Shown here: piece by piece, positions 37,803-48,441 of the stretch
Numbering within the stretch: the stretch's first letter is position 1
Layout of the letters: each line of letters starts with the position of its first letter
Virus record (IMG/VR): IMGVR_UViG_3300033066_000364
Span: 7,975-71,974 of that record
Strand: one strand, 5' to 3'
Source: a virus
Lineage: Duplodnaviria > Caudoviricetes
Length of the DNA stretch: 64,000 nt
Program-made: the position numbers and the translations under genes
Notes under the pieces: model-generated
Told to the model about the DNA's origin: nothing
What the model saw: the letters and a program-made list of their open reading frames with translations, nothing else
Databases searched by the model: none

Positions 37803-38552
37803 ATGTTTTCTTACGCGAATGTGCCATTGGCTGAGCCGGAAGGGAGTGATGTTGCGGGTTGGATTGCCGCCAACATTAAGCCGCAAGAGTTGTTTCCTTT
37901 GGCGTATCGAGCATGGCCCGCGTACACGTCCTACGGTCCCGTCCTGAACAACACTCCGGGCGTACCGACTCCTGTGGTCATAAACACGCTGACGTGGCCT
38001 GTAGGGGCATCCAGGTTCGCTAGGGGGCATTTCGTTGTCACGGATAAACAACTCGATCTGATCCAGGGAGTAACGTACAAGAATGGGACACAAGCGGCGG
38101 CTCAGTTTGTGTTCTCGGATAGCGTTAACAGCATTGAGACGGACTTGTGGATGCTACCTCCGACTCCATTGGCTCAGTGTGCGACAGGATTGGGAATGTG
38201 GTTGCTCACTTTGGTGGATGAAAGGTACTATTGGTCTGGCATGCCGCTTGATTTGACGGTGAATGTTGGCGTGACAACTTGGGGAGATTTGTACGACGAC
38301 ATTGCGGCTGTGCTTGGTGCGACGTTTGTGGTTGATCCAGTGGCGGCGGACTACTTAACTCCGACGATTGATTACTCGACGTATCAGAAGCCATTGTCGG
38401 GAGTGTTGGACGCCATCGCGTTCTCGGTTCAACAGAGAGTGGTTCGGTCGTATGATGGGACGATCAAGATTCAGAACTATAGTACGGCGAAGGCGGCGGT
38501 GATAGCGAATAGCGGGTGGAAGCCATACGCGGGCGGCGTGTATAACTTTTGA
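37803..38552 (+). CDS. baseplate hub/distal tail protein
   Basis: WLLTLVDERYYW...TWGDL...VLDAIAFSVQQRVVRSYDG hub-like pattern. Confidence 0.55.
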   Translation: MFSYANVPLAEPEGSDVAGWIAANIKPQELFPLAYRAWPAYTSYGPVLNNTPGVPTPVVINTLTWPVGASRFARGHFVVTDKQLDLIQGVTYKNGTQAAAQFVFSDSVNSIETDLWMLPPTPLAQCATGLGMWLLTLVDERYYWSGMPLDLTVNVGVTTWGDLYDDIAAVLGATFVVDPVAADYLTPTIDYSTYQKPLSGVLDAIAFSVQQRVVRSYDGTIKIQNYSTAKAAVIANSGWKPYAGGVYNF

Positions 38553-38562
38553 AAGGTAGCAC

Positions 38563-40623
38563 TTGGCAAGCGATCTTGCGTCATTGGTTCCCCAAACGGT
38601 ATCGGTTGCCTTTCGTGCGACTGGTACTGGACAGCCATCGAACGGCTTTTACAATGTCGATACCAATCTTTTCGACATAGGTCTAGCTGCATTTAGGAAC
38701 ACGGTGGGATATCCGTGGACACGTCTTCTGCATCGCTATGAGATAGCGACTTACGGTGCATCTCCTCCTCCAACGAATCAAGCCGATCTTGACGCACTCG
38801 CGTTACAGATGGCAACGGATTGGTATCAATGGCAATTAGGGACGCTGGATAGATATTTCGCTGGTATAGCGGAGTGGAATCCGGAGGGATTGCACGATAT
38901 TACGTTTGAACAGCGTGGCGGGAAGATCACGACGCATGTCCAAAGGATGGTGTTCAATCCAGCGGAAGATTTGCTGTACGAAACGAATCAGATCACGAAC
39001 AACACGCCGGTAATTGGGATCGGCGATGGTTCGATTCTTTACATCGACAATGGGTTTATATCGGGCGATTACACGCATTTAGCTTGGGACGAGACGACGT
39101 TTCTCTTTTCGGTGGTTGGTGGTGCGTACTTCGACATCAAGAACAGCAAGACTTTCATTATCGAAGAAACGACGACAAACAACCAATACTTCAAGATCAC
39201 TAATAGCACGAACCAGATCAACATCTGGGAAAACACGGTCATCATCAACGAGGGGTTGGTCAAGATTGACATCAGTATTGTCAATCAACAATTCTTCGTG
39301 TGGGACCAGACGAACTATTACATCAAAATCGACGACTCGACACAGTTGGTAACGTTCTGGAATGCGTTCATCACGATATCCTCGACCGTGTTCAAGATCA
39401 CGAATAGCGGCACGGATTATTTCTACGTAGATAACTCGGATCAGAGCATCAAGATCGGTTGGCCAACAAAGGCGACGAGTGATACGGGCAAGTATGCGTA
39501 CTGGCATTACGTAGCGGGGAAACCAACTGGCGCGGCGACTGCCAAGACGGGATATTGGGCGTGGTTATTCGACTCGACGAACTATCGCAGTTGGTTCTAT
39601 GCCGAGGCCGTGTCGAAGTGGTTACTCGAATGTTGCTGGATTATCGTAAAAAAATCATCGAATTACACGGCAGAATACGGCGATTTCATTTGGGGTGACA
39701 CGAGTGGCGGCGGGGTAGACATTGACCTTCCATCTCCACTCTTGAATCAAGAAATCAAGATTCGGACGGACACGCTAACGAATCCATTGCGTGTGACGGG
39801 GACTGGCATTGGTACGAATGTGCCATTGACACTCCAGAACATGACGTATGACTTCTACAGCGACGGAACCAATTGGCTCACCGATGCTGTAGAGCCAGCG
39901 ATTCCCTATGGCACGACGACTGGGGACATGCTCGTCTGGAATGATTCCGCCCAAGAGTGGCAAATCCTTGATGCACCGACGACGGATGGGTACGTATTAA
40001 CGAGCGATTCTGGCGAGACGTTGAAGATGAAGTGGGCTCCATCATGCTGCTATGAGCCTTATACGGAAACGTTTGACGTGGACGGCACGTTTACCAGCAC
40101 ATTTGATGGGTACATAGAAATTGAAGCGTATGGGGCTGGTGGTGCTGGTATCTCAACGAATACGAACGGCGGTGGTGGTGGTGGAGCATACGCAAAGAAG
40201 AATAGTTACGCCGTGACCAATGGCGGAACTTACACGGTTGTCGTTGCAACGAACAGCACAGAGGATTCTTACTTTGTTAGCACGGCGGTCATAAAGGCTG
40301 TATCAGGAGCGACAACAGCAACTTCCTCTGGCGGCGCTGGTGGTGCGGCTGCTAGTTGCGTCGGCGACGTTACTTATAGCGGTGGCGATGGTGCTGCATA
40401 CTCGGCTCCCGATGGCGGTGGTGGTGGCGGATGTGCTACTAGTTCTGCTAATGGAGGCAACGCATCTGGGGCAACCGGAGGCACAGGCTCGTTTGCTGGT
40501 GGGACTGGTGGTGGCGATGGGTTTGGTGGTGGTGGTGGCGGTGGAAGTCAAGCCGGTGGCGCTGGGGCAGGTGGTAGCGGTCTAGGTGGAGTCGGGCGAG
40601 TCATTGTGACACGAATAAGTTAG
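38563..40623 (+). CDS. tail fibre/spike with C-terminal glycine-rich domain
   Basis: Internal N/I/T beta repeats; IEAYGAGGAG...GGGGGGAYAKK glycine-rich tail. Confidence 0.75.
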   Translation: MASDLASLVPQTVSVAFRATGTGQPSNGFYNVDTNLFDIGLAAFRNTVGYPWTRLLHRYEIATYGASPPPTNQADLDALALQMATDWYQWQLGTLDRYFAGIAEWNPEGLHDITFEQRGGKITTHVQRMVFNPAEDLLYETNQITNNTPVIGIGDGSILYIDNGFISGDYTHLAWDETTFLFSVVGGAYFDIKNSKTFIIEETTTNNQYFKITNSTNQINIWENTVIINEGLVKIDISIVNQQFFVWDQTNYYIKIDDSTQLVTFWNAFITISSTVFKITNSGTDYFYVDNSDQSIKIGWPTKATSDTGKYAYWHYVAGKPTGAATAKTGYWAWLFDSTNYRSWFYAEAVSKWLLECCWIIVKKSSNYTAEYGDFIWGDTSGGGVDIDLPSPLLNQEIKIRTDTLTNPLRVTGTGIGTNVPLTLQNMTYDFYSDGTNWLTDAVEPAIPYGTTTGDMLVWNDSAQEWQILDAPTTDGYVLTSDSGETLKMKWAPSCCYEPYTETFDVDGTFTSTFDGYIEIEAYGAGGAGISTNTNGGGGGGAYAKKNSYAVTNGGTYTVVVATNSTEDSYFVSTAVIKAVSGATTATSSGGAGGAAASCVGDVTYSGGDGAAYSAPDGGGGGGCATSSANGGNASGATGGTGSFAGGTGGGDGFGGGGGGGSQAGGAGAGGSGLGGVGRVIVTRIS

Positions 40624-40779
40624 CCTCTCCTCAAAATGAAAGCGCACGCACAATTGCTTGCCAGCGTTATGAGCATCGCCAGATAACACGTAAAAAAGTG
40701 GAATACCTTGGTCGGGAATGGTATCCCGTAGCGAAAGAACTGAATTTCGTCTGCAAGGAGAAAGACGAACGCGACGTTA

Positions 40780-41028
40780 ATGGCAATCGTGACTGCCAAA
40801 AACACAAGAGCAACGAAACGCATGGCAACCCCTCAAAAGATGTTGAACTGCATACACTTGGGAAACCGGACGAAAGAGATGGTCAAGTGCATGCAATGTA
40901 AAGGAACCCATCTCAAGGTATTCGAGTGTGCAAAGCACGGCAAATGCACGGTATACAAAACGGGGCAGACGATCCGCCATAAATGCAGCAATTGCCCCGA
41001 TTACTGTGGCAAAGACGCACAGCGTTAG
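40780..41028 (+). CDS. small Cys-rich protein
   Basis: CIHLG...CMQC...ECAKHGKC...CSNCPDY. Confidence 0.55.
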   Translation: MAIVTAKNTRATKRMATPQKMLNCIHLGNRTKEMVKCMQCKGTHLKVFECAKHGKCTVYKTGQTIRHKCSNCPDYCGKDAQR

Positions 41029-41089
41029 TTATACTACACCCCTAGACGAGAAAACTTGGCTCGTGTTCCAGAAATAAGAGGAAAATACC

Positions 41090-42649
41090 ATGTCGAGTGT
41101 AACGACGACGGTGAACGTGAACGAAAGCCTCGACCTCGAAGGTGAGGCAACCCATCAAGTACGTGTTCATTACAACGAAACTGACGCTGGCCAAGTGACT
41201 GGTCCATTCACGCTCGTAGGGGCACGTCAGGCGGCTCTCGTGGCGTTGGGCAAGGCTGGCGTACTCAAAGCAACCGTGGAGGCAATCTAATGGCTACTCT
41301 TGCTGAACTGATGACGCTGATTAACGACGGAGCGTTCGCCGACAAGTGCCGTGCGGCCATGCTCGTTACGGCGTACAACATCAAGAATGAGGCAACGGAC
41401 ACGCCGAACCATGCCAAGCGTCTTGCGGTTGTCAAGGGATGGCTTGCCGATCCTGAGCAGTATGACAATCGTGTTGCTCGCTATGTCATCGGGGCAAATA
41501 ACGCTCTGGCGTTGGAGTCGATTACTGGTCTGTCTGACCCGGACATCAAGGCACACGTTGACGCATCCGTGGATATCTTCCTCGACTAAGGGAAACCATG
41601 AACGAATATTGTCAAAACGTCCTCAAGACGGAGTTGGCCAAGTCTGACTACGACGGCAAAACAGCCGATCAAGGTTGGGCTTGGCTGATGGAGCCTTACG
41701 CGACGGAATCCACCAAGGTTAATCCGGTTGTGGATCGTCGCAGCATCAAGACTTGGGCTATGCTGCACGGCAAACTCGGCATGATCCAAGCATCGGACAG
41801 CCAAGCGGCCAAGACACTGATGATGCTGTTCTCCGATCCTGACTTCACCAGCATTGATACTTCCAGCGACTTATGGAAGGCATTGATGGGGCAGTTGGTG
41901 GCGGCAGGGTTGCTAACTGAATCTGATGTAATTGCCGTGTCATCGCTCAACTCGACAAAGACCACGAGTGGACCGAAGGTGAGATTTGACGAGCGATTCT
42001 TCCCTGAGTTGTGGCCTCACGTCTCCAAGGACGGGAACGTTGGATCACCAGATGATCCAGCCATCAGTGGGTTCCCCAACACGATTACTCGTGAAGACTT
42101 TGACAAAGCGTGGTCCGCAGCAGGGAGGGCGTAACGATGAGTTTGCCAGATTCTATCGTCAATACAATCGGTACACCAATCGATTGGGAATCGAGTGGTG
42201 GTGATTACGCCATTACCTTGACTTCAATCTCTACTGGCAACGGTCGTCAGGGAGCGAAGGGTGATTTGACGGCATCTCGTGCCCGCATCTTTGACGTGCT
42301 GTTCACTGGTTCGGTTGGTTCGGCTGCGACAGCCGGAAATACCTTCGACCTCTATTGGGCAGCGTCCGACAGCGGGACGGCGGGAACCGATAACCCAGGT
42401 GGAACCAGCGGCACGGATGCGACGTTCAATACAACTCCATCCGAGTATGCGGCACAACTAATATTCATCGGCTCCCTTGTGCTGTCCAACAACGCCAGTA
42501 CGGGCGTGCAGAAGCAATGGTTGTCATTTGTGCCTCCTGAACGCTACGGGATGCCTGTGGTGGTCAATAGCAGCGGTCAGACGACTGGTTCTACTGGTGC
42601 GGACTTCTTGATTCGTCTCATTCCTAGACTTGAACAGGTAATCGACTAA
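41090..42649 (+). other. four coupled small virion-associated ORFs (41090-41290, 41290-41589, 41598-42134, 42137-42649)
   Basis: RBS motifs and start/stop overlaps; lie upstream of the LamG gene. Confidence 0.6.
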
Positions 42650-43527
42650 TGCCAATTGGCTTGAACGAAAACCCTGTTGGACTGATTGATCCAGCGATGC
42701 CATTGGATTGGAGTCATCCTCTCAATCGTGGTCTTGCATCACGGTGGAAGGTGATTCCCAATTCCGGTTGGCGTGGCGGGTTGACGTTTCGTGATTTGGT
42801 TCGTGGCGGGAAGAAACCGAACGATGGCACACTCGTAAACGGGCCGACGTGGGTTGGTGGTGGGAGGCGTGGCGGGTATGGGGCGTTGTCGTTTGATGGG
42901 ACTGACGACTGGGTGGATTTTGGTAATTCTTCGCAATTCGACATTACATCAAAGTTGACTCTATCCGTGTGGATATATCAGGCATCGCTCGTCGATGGCG
43001 GCATAGTAACGAAGTGGACTACGGGCGCTGGCACTGATAACTCGTACTTGATATATGCCCAAAGCGATAATTCGACTAATTTTTCAATTGAGCAGTCTGA
43101 CAACACCATTAAAAATGCGTTGACTGATTGCGTTCTTGGACAGTGGAGGCACGTCGTTGCAACCGCAGACGGGAGCAATATCCAATTATACTCTAACGGT
43201 CAGGCGAGCGGGTCGGCGGTGGCTTACGATGGGACTCTCAAAACGACAACAAAAAAAGTCGTTCTCGGCAGACTTCGACAAGAAGACAATATTTATTCTT
43301 TTAGTGGAAAAATTGACGACGTTCAGATTTATAACCGTGGACTCTCCGCTCGCGAAGTCGCCCAACTCTACCAAGAGCAGCTACGTGGCTCACCCGAAAC
43401 GCTGAGATGGGTAGGGGCGAAGACGTATGGGTTTTCGGAGCAAGCGGCAGCGAGTGGTGGAACTCCGATATTTAGCAGTGGTATTCTGTCTTCGAGAATC
43501 ATTGGTGGTGGGGGTATCGCGGCATGA
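42649..43527 (+). CDS. LamG/concanavalin A-like lectin domain protein
   Basis: ALSFDGTDDWVD...LTLSVWI...QWRHVVAT...LYSNG...FSGKIDDVQIYNRGLSAREVAQLY. Confidence 0.9.
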   Translation: MPIGLNENPVGLIDPAMPLDWSHPLNRGLASRWKVIPNSGWRGGLTFRDLVRGGKKPNDGTLVNGPTWVGGGRRGGYGALSFDGTDDWVDFGNSSQFDITSKLTLSVWIYQASLVDGGIVTKWTTGAGTDNSYLIYAQSDNSTNFSIEQSDNTIKNALTDCVLGQWRHVVATADGSNIQLYSNGQASGSAVAYDGTLKTTTKKVVLGRLRQEDNIYSFSGKIDDVQIYNRGLSAREVAQLYQEQLRGSPETLRWVGAKTYGFSEQAAASGGTPIFSSGILSSRIIGGGGIAA

Positions 43528-44921
43528 GCGTCAGATCAGGTCAATCGATTACCACTGAATTCACCACACGAGCCTTCGCTACGGGTGCTGCCACGGACGC
43601 CACCGGAACCCCGACAGGGACGTTGTACGTCAATGGCACTTCTAACGCCGCAACAGTAACGGTTACGAATCAAGCAACTGGCATCTACAAAGCAGCGGTA
43701 ACGCTTCCAACTTTAGCGGTTGGCGATGTTGTATCACTTGTCATCAACGCGACGGTGAGCGGCGTAACGGACAACGCTAAGATTTGGGAAGACAGCAAGG
43801 ATGTGTTTGCTGGTGCAATTCCAGACGTTGCGGCTGGCGGATCGGGAGGATTGTTCATCAGTGGGTCTAACACTGGCACGACCACGATGGGTGCTTTTAC
43901 CGTGTCGGGTGCAACGACTCTTACGGGTGCGGTGTCGCTTGGGTCAACTCTTGGAGTTACGGGAACCACAACACTCGCAGCGGTCAATACGGGAGCCATC
44001 AATGCGAGCGGTACGGTTACGTTCAATGCGTTTACGGTTACGAACGCCTTCACGGTGTCTGGTGCTACCACATTGACAGGAGCGTGGACTGCAACGAACG
44101 TCAGCAACAACGTTACGGGCATAGCGATCACGGCGGCTAGTGTTGATGCTATCTGGGACGAACCTCTAGCGGCGCATACGACTGCTGACACTCCTGGAAA
44201 TGTCCTTAACATGCTGACTCAGGACACAGTTGTTCTTTCGTCTGATGTTGCTCTTGGTTCAATTGTTGGTCAGATTCTTGATAATGGCACGGTATGGGAT
44301 TACGACCGTGCAACTAGTTCGCTTCATGCGTTAGGGTCGAAACTGCCAGCCTCATTGGTAAGTGGTAGAATGGACGCATCTGTTGGCGCATATCAATCCG
44401 GATTGACTCCATTACAGCCGACAACATCCGGAAGAACCCTTGACGTTACGGCGGCTGGTAACGCTGGTATCGATTGGGCCAACATCGAGAACCCAACTAC
44501 TGCGGTCAATCTATCGGCAACCAACATCGACGTGGATCAGGTCATTGCAAGTGTCTCAGGCAACGTGGGTGGCAATGTGACTGGTTCGGTTGGTTCTGTA
44601 CTAGGAAGCGTTGCTGGCAGCGTGGCAAGCGTCGTGGGCAATGTGGGCGGCAATGTTACCGGAAGCGTGGGCAGCGTGACTGGATTGACCAATGCCACGA
44701 TTGCGACGGCTGTTCTGACGACTGCAATGACGGAGAGTTATAGTGCTGACGGAGCGGCGGCAACTCTGGCTCAAGCCTCGTACATCATCATGCAAATGCT
44801 GACCGAGATTAGTTTCTCTGGCACAACGGCAACCGTGAAGAAACTGGACGGCTCCACGACAGCGTATACGCTCACGATCAACAATAGCAGCACACCAACT
44901 AGCATCACGAGGTCAACGTAA
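43524..44921 (+). CDS. adhesin/fibre-like protein with VGGNVTGSVGSV repeats
   Basis: T/A/G/V-rich with internal repeats. Confidence 0.7.
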   Translation: MSVRSGQSITTEFTTRAFATGAATDATGTPTGTLYVNGTSNAATVTVTNQATGIYKAAVTLPTLAVGDVVSLVINATVSGVTDNAKIWEDSKDVFAGAIPDVAAGGSGGLFISGSNTGTTTMGAFTVSGATTLTGAVSLGSTLGVTGTTTLAAVNTGAINASGTVTFNAFTVTNAFTVSGATTLTGAWTATNVSNNVTGIAITAASVDAIWDEPLAAHTTADTPGNVLNMLTQDTVVLSSDVALGSIVGQILDNGTVWDYDRATSSLHALGSKLPASLVSGRMDASVGAYQSGLTPLQPTTSGRTLDVTAAGNAGIDWANIENPTTAVNLSATNIDVDQVIASVSGNVGGNVTGSVGSVLGSVAGSVASVVGNVGGNVTGSVGSVTGLTNATIATAVLTTAMTESYSADGAAATLAQASYIIMQMLTEISFSGTTATVKKLDGSTTAYTLTINNSSTPTSITRST

Positions 44922-45130
44922 TGGCACTCGTAGGAAGCCCATCATCGGTGTTGTCGAAAGGCATCGGTTCGTGGGGCAGCGTCAATTTGATGGTGACTCG
45001 CGGCCTTGGTGTTGCCGAAGCGGTTGTCGTCAATCCACGTTACGCCGTTGAGTACCAGATCAAGGTAAGCAGGGACGCGACGTATGCGATGAAGATATCT
45101 CGCGTGGCCAGTTACCAAGTGAAACTCTAG
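44921..45130 (+). CDS. small hypothetical protein
   Basis: TAATG coupling. Confidence 0.55.
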   Translation: MALVGSPSSVLSKGIGSWGSVNLMVTRGLGVAEAVVVNPRYAVEYQIKVSRDATYAMKISRVASYQVKL

Positions 45131-45141
45131 GAGTCGGCACG

Positions 45142-45735
45142 ATGGCTCAGGAACATCCACAACACATTCGTTTCCCACATAACGAAGAACAGGTCCAGTT
45201 GTTGCCGACATGGAAGATGGCCATCGTCCAAATGCTTGTCACGTTGATGCCGATCATTGGCATCTTGTATCAGGGGTTTGTGGTGCTTCCGGGAGGAAGA
45301 GAAATGGAAGATATAGCGTTGAAGTGGATTTCTACGTTGGGTTTTCCCATCTTTTCCGCATGCGCCTTGGCGTGGGCATTGTTGAGAATATTCAGCAAGT
45401 ACGAGAGCGCGACCAACGAATCGAAGCAGATAGCCCTTGTCCTGCACAAACAAGCCATCGAGCAAGTGGCGACTATGAATGAAGCACTGAGCCACACTGC
45501 TGATAAAATGTCGCAAGTAGCCAATTCGCTCGATAAAAACGTCAAGGCGACGGAGGCTAACACGGAGTACCTAAAGAAGTTCGGTTCCGACCCGATGGGG
45601 TTGTGTAAGATCGAGGAGGCCAAACGACACATTATCGAGCATGGTTTTAAGTGTCCTTCCGACAACAAGATACAGATGATTTTTGACAAGATAGTTGAGT
45701 TAAAGGAAAAGAAAGACAGGGATAAGGTCGCATGA
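45142..45735 (+). CDS. holin-like membrane protein
   Basis: Two hydrophobic segments followed by a coiled coil; first gene after the fibre genes. Confidence 0.5.
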   Translation: MAQEHPQHIRFPHNEEQVQLLPTWKMAIVQMLVTLMPIIGILYQGFVVLPGGREMEDIALKWISTLGFPIFSACALAWALLRIFSKYESATNESKQIALVLHKQAIEQVATMNEALSHTADKMSQVANSLDKNVKATEANTEYLKKFGSDPMGLCKIEEAKRHIIEHGFKCPSDNKIQMIFDKIVELKEKKDRDKVA

Positions 45736-45765
45736 AGTATTGGAGGGGCAAATTCCGCAAGTGAT

Positions 45766-46005
45766 TTGCCTTTTGTACGGTAGTGTGATACATTACTGAC
45801 AGACCCAGCCGATAGAGGTCGTGACATGCCGGTTTCCAGTCGTCCTGCATGGAGCATCGCAAGATAGCTCGCCCAAAACACGTACTAATGCTCCTTTGGT
45901 ACGCGAGTAAGGTTTCACGAGACGCAAGAGATGCGTTTTCCAACGCAACACCTTTCAACCATGCCGAGCCGTGCATGGGCAATCTTCGGCCACGGCTTAT
46001 TTTTA
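45766..46005 (+). ncRNA. candidate ~210-nt sRNA or attenuating leader
   Basis: TTGCCT-N17-TACATT promoter (45766-45794); stems 45851-57/45888-94 and 45967-73/45991-97, the latter followed by TATTTTT. Confidence 0.4.
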
Positions 46006-46025
46006 CACCTTTCTTGGAGTATTTC

Positions 46026-46319
46026 ATGGGTTTAGAATCTCGGATGAGTAGTGCGTATGAGTCCAATGGCGGCAAGAATGTCTCTGCTTTGCCGTGGGCT
46101 GCAATCGTCGAGGCATTGATGTCTCTTTTTGGCAATTGTCCAGCAAAGCGAACAAAGCGATGGGCTAAGTTGCATCCTGTTGCTGCGAAGTCTGCGATTG
46201 ACGAGAAGTTGAAAGAAGAAGGGACGTTCACGAGCAACAAGGATCGCAAAGCGGCGGTTGATGCGGCTTACGATACGTTCATCAAGACTTCGGACGCGGA
46301 ACTCGAATCCATGCGATAA
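46026..46319 (+). CDS. small protein with amphipathic segment
   Basis: GGAG RBS before ATG 46026. Confidence 0.55.
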   Translation: MGLESRMSSAYESNGGKNVSALPWAAIVEALMSLFGNCPAKRTKRWAKLHPVAAKSAIDEKLKEEGTFTSNKDRKAAVDAAYDTFIKTSDAELESMR

Positions 46320-46334
46320 CTCACGAGGAAGATC

Positions 46335-46793
46335 ATGTCTGACGAGCAAGATAAGAAGTTGGATGAAGTAGTTGCCGCGACATTCGATTGGGGCAAGTTC
46401 TTCTCGACGCCAACAGGCAAAGCAATCGGGGCACTTGCGATTGCTTTCTTTATGATGGCGTCCTCTTGGATTACCGACAAGGTGAATCACCAGCCTCCAG
46501 TAATCAACATTGTCCCATCGAACGACAATCCGCCGATTGTTCCGAGCGTAAAAGCCAAGTTCTCTGTTTATGTGACGGAGAAGACGAAAACGATCCCGAA
46601 TGATCCGTCATTGGCTCAATTTGGGTTGATGGTGGATTCCAAAGTATATTCGGAAGGATTGTCGTACAAGATTGGCAATGTGATGACGCCGTTGCCATGC
46701 GTGGTCTTGGTTGACTCGGATGGTCGTGCGGTGTCAGCGGCTACTTTCGAGAAAGCGTCGGATATTGCGGAATTCTGCAAGAAAGGGAAATAA
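46335..46793 (+). CDS. single-pass membrane protein
   Basis: AIGALAIAFFMMASSWI transmembrane-like segment. Confidence 0.6.
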   Translation: MSDEQDKKLDEVVAATFDWGKFFSTPTGKAIGALAIAFFMMASSWITDKVNHQPPVINIVPSNDNPPIVPSVKAKFSVYVTEKTKTIPNDPSLAQFGLMVDSKVYSEGLSYKIGNVMTPLPCVVLVDSDGRAVSAATFEKASDIAEFCKKGK

Positions 46794-47647
46794 TGCGTTT
46801 ACCCATGTCTTTTGTGGCCGTATTGCTGTTTGCGTCCATCACTTCGTCTCAGATCGTTGATCCGAAAGATCATCCCAAAAAAGCCTCTAGCATCGTCCCT
46901 GCGACACTCAAAGCGTCTGGCGGGCAATTGGTGGTCATTGATGCCAAGAGTGCCAAGGGTGACGTTTCCTTTCGTTGGGACAAGGCTGTATTCGAGAATC
47001 GTGCGACGGTGGATGGGAAGAAGTTGTTCTTGTCGATTCCTGAGTACGATGACGACAAAGCATATCATATTGGGGTAATCTCGTGGGATGACAAGTCAGA
47101 CGAGACGGTGACGATTTCGGTACAGGGGAAGAAGTTACCCATACCGAAACCGCCCACTCCGAAGCCAGAGGATATCTCGGTAAGGCTCGACAAGATCGAG
47201 TCGTCACTTGCTTCGATTGAGACGCGACTGATCTACCTCGAAAAGATCAAGCCGAATCCTCCTCCCGATCCGAAGCCGGAACCGAAGCCTGACGTTGTGC
47301 CGATACCGGCCAATGGTCTGCGGGTTTTGATCGTTGAAGAGTCGGCACAAAGGCACACGTTGTCGCAAGGGCAACGGCTCATTATTCTTGGCAAAGAATT
47401 TCGCGACTTCCTTGAGGCTAAATGCGTCATGGGTCCAGATAATCGGACAAAGGAATATCGGATTTACGATCCAGAAATTGCCATGAACGGAGAGTCGAAA
47501 ATCTGGCAAGATGTGATGAAGCGTCCTCGTGCTTCCGTTCCGTGGATTGTGATTAGCAACGGCAAGAATGGGTTTGAAGGTCCGTTGCCTACAAACCTTG
47601 CTGATGCTATTCTTTTGGTAAACAAATATGCGGGGGTGAATCCGTGA
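46793..47647 (+). CDS. secreted Pro-rich two-domain protein
   Basis: Signal-like N-terminus; PKP/PPPDPKPEP linkers. Confidence 0.65.
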   Translation: MRLPMSFVAVLLFASITSSQIVDPKDHPKKASSIVPATLKASGGQLVVIDAKSAKGDVSFRWDKAVFENRATVDGKKLFLSIPEYDDDKAYHIGVISWDDKSDETVTISVQGKKLPIPKPPTPKPEDISVRLDKIESSLASIETRLIYLEKIKPNPPPDPKPEPKPDVVPIPANGLRVLIVEESAQRHTLSQGQRLIILGKEFRDFLEAKCVMGPDNRTKEYRIYDPEIAMNGESKIWQDVMKRPRASVPWIVISNGKNGFEGPLPTNLADAILLVNKYAGVNP

Positions 47648-48441
47648 GCGAGTTAATTATCAACGATGATCCATCAACAACGGACCTTGCGTACCCTGAC
47701 GGCGTTTCGTTTGGCTATGTCGAACGCGATTACGCCGTTTATCCGAAAGAAATGTTTTCCGCACCGAGCGAGATGAAATTGATCCCTCGTTCGGAGTGGT
47801 CGGCTCGAATCAAAGAGCAAGAAGAAGCGAAGTCGCGTATCTCGGATATCTTGCTCGCCAAGGGCATTCCGAGCATGGATCAAGGACCGAACGGCTATTG
47901 CTGGGGTCACAGCACGGTAGGGGCTGTGCAAGCCGTCCGCGCCTTTAACAATCAGCCATACGTCCCCCTTTCTGCTTACATGGTCTGTGCAATCATCAAG
48001 AAGGGGAAAAACGAAGGTGGTTGGTGTGGTTTGTCTGCTAAATTCTTGCGAGAAGTTGGCGTTTGTTCGCAGGCACTTTGGCCGCAAGGCGACCGAAATG
48101 TCCGACGAGATACGCCAGAAGTGCGAGAAGACGCGGCAATGCGTAAGGTAACGGAAGACTTCGTGGACCTGACTCGTGACGTATACGACCAGAATCTTAC
48201 GTTCGATCAACTCGCTACGTGTTTATTGAATGGGATTCCTTGCGCGGTAGACTTCAATTGGTGGTCACATTCCGTCATGGCGTGCGATCTTGTTGAGGTC
48301 AGTGCTGGCAGTTTCGGAATTCGCATTCGCAACTCGTGGGGCGATAGTTACGGAGATCGAGGGTTTGCTGTCCTGCAAGGGTCAAAGGCCATTCCAGACG
48401 GTGCATTAGCAATAAGGGTCAGCGGCGCTTCGTCGAACTAA
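47644..48441 (+). CDS. papain-like (C1A) cysteine peptidase
   Basis: QGPNGYCWGHS (oxyanion Q, catalytic C), WWSHSV (H), IRNSWG (N). Confidence 0.9.
   Translation: MSELIINDDPSTTDLAYPDGVSFGYVERDYAVYPKEMFSAPSEMKLIPRSEWSARIKEQEEAKSRISDILLAKGIPSMDQGPNGYCWGHSTVGAVQAVRAFNNQPYVPLSAYMVCAIIKKGKNEGGWCGLSAKFLREVGVCSQALWPQGDRNVRRDTPEVREDAAMRKVTEDFVDLTRDVYDQNLTFDQLATCLLNGIPCAVDFNWWSHSVMACDLVEVSAGSFGIRIRNSWGDSYGDRGFAVLQGSKAIPDGALAIRVSGASSN

Noticed and set aside
38563-44921. diversity-generating retroelement acting on fibre genes
   Set aside because: No reverse transcriptase and no template/variable repeat pair seen
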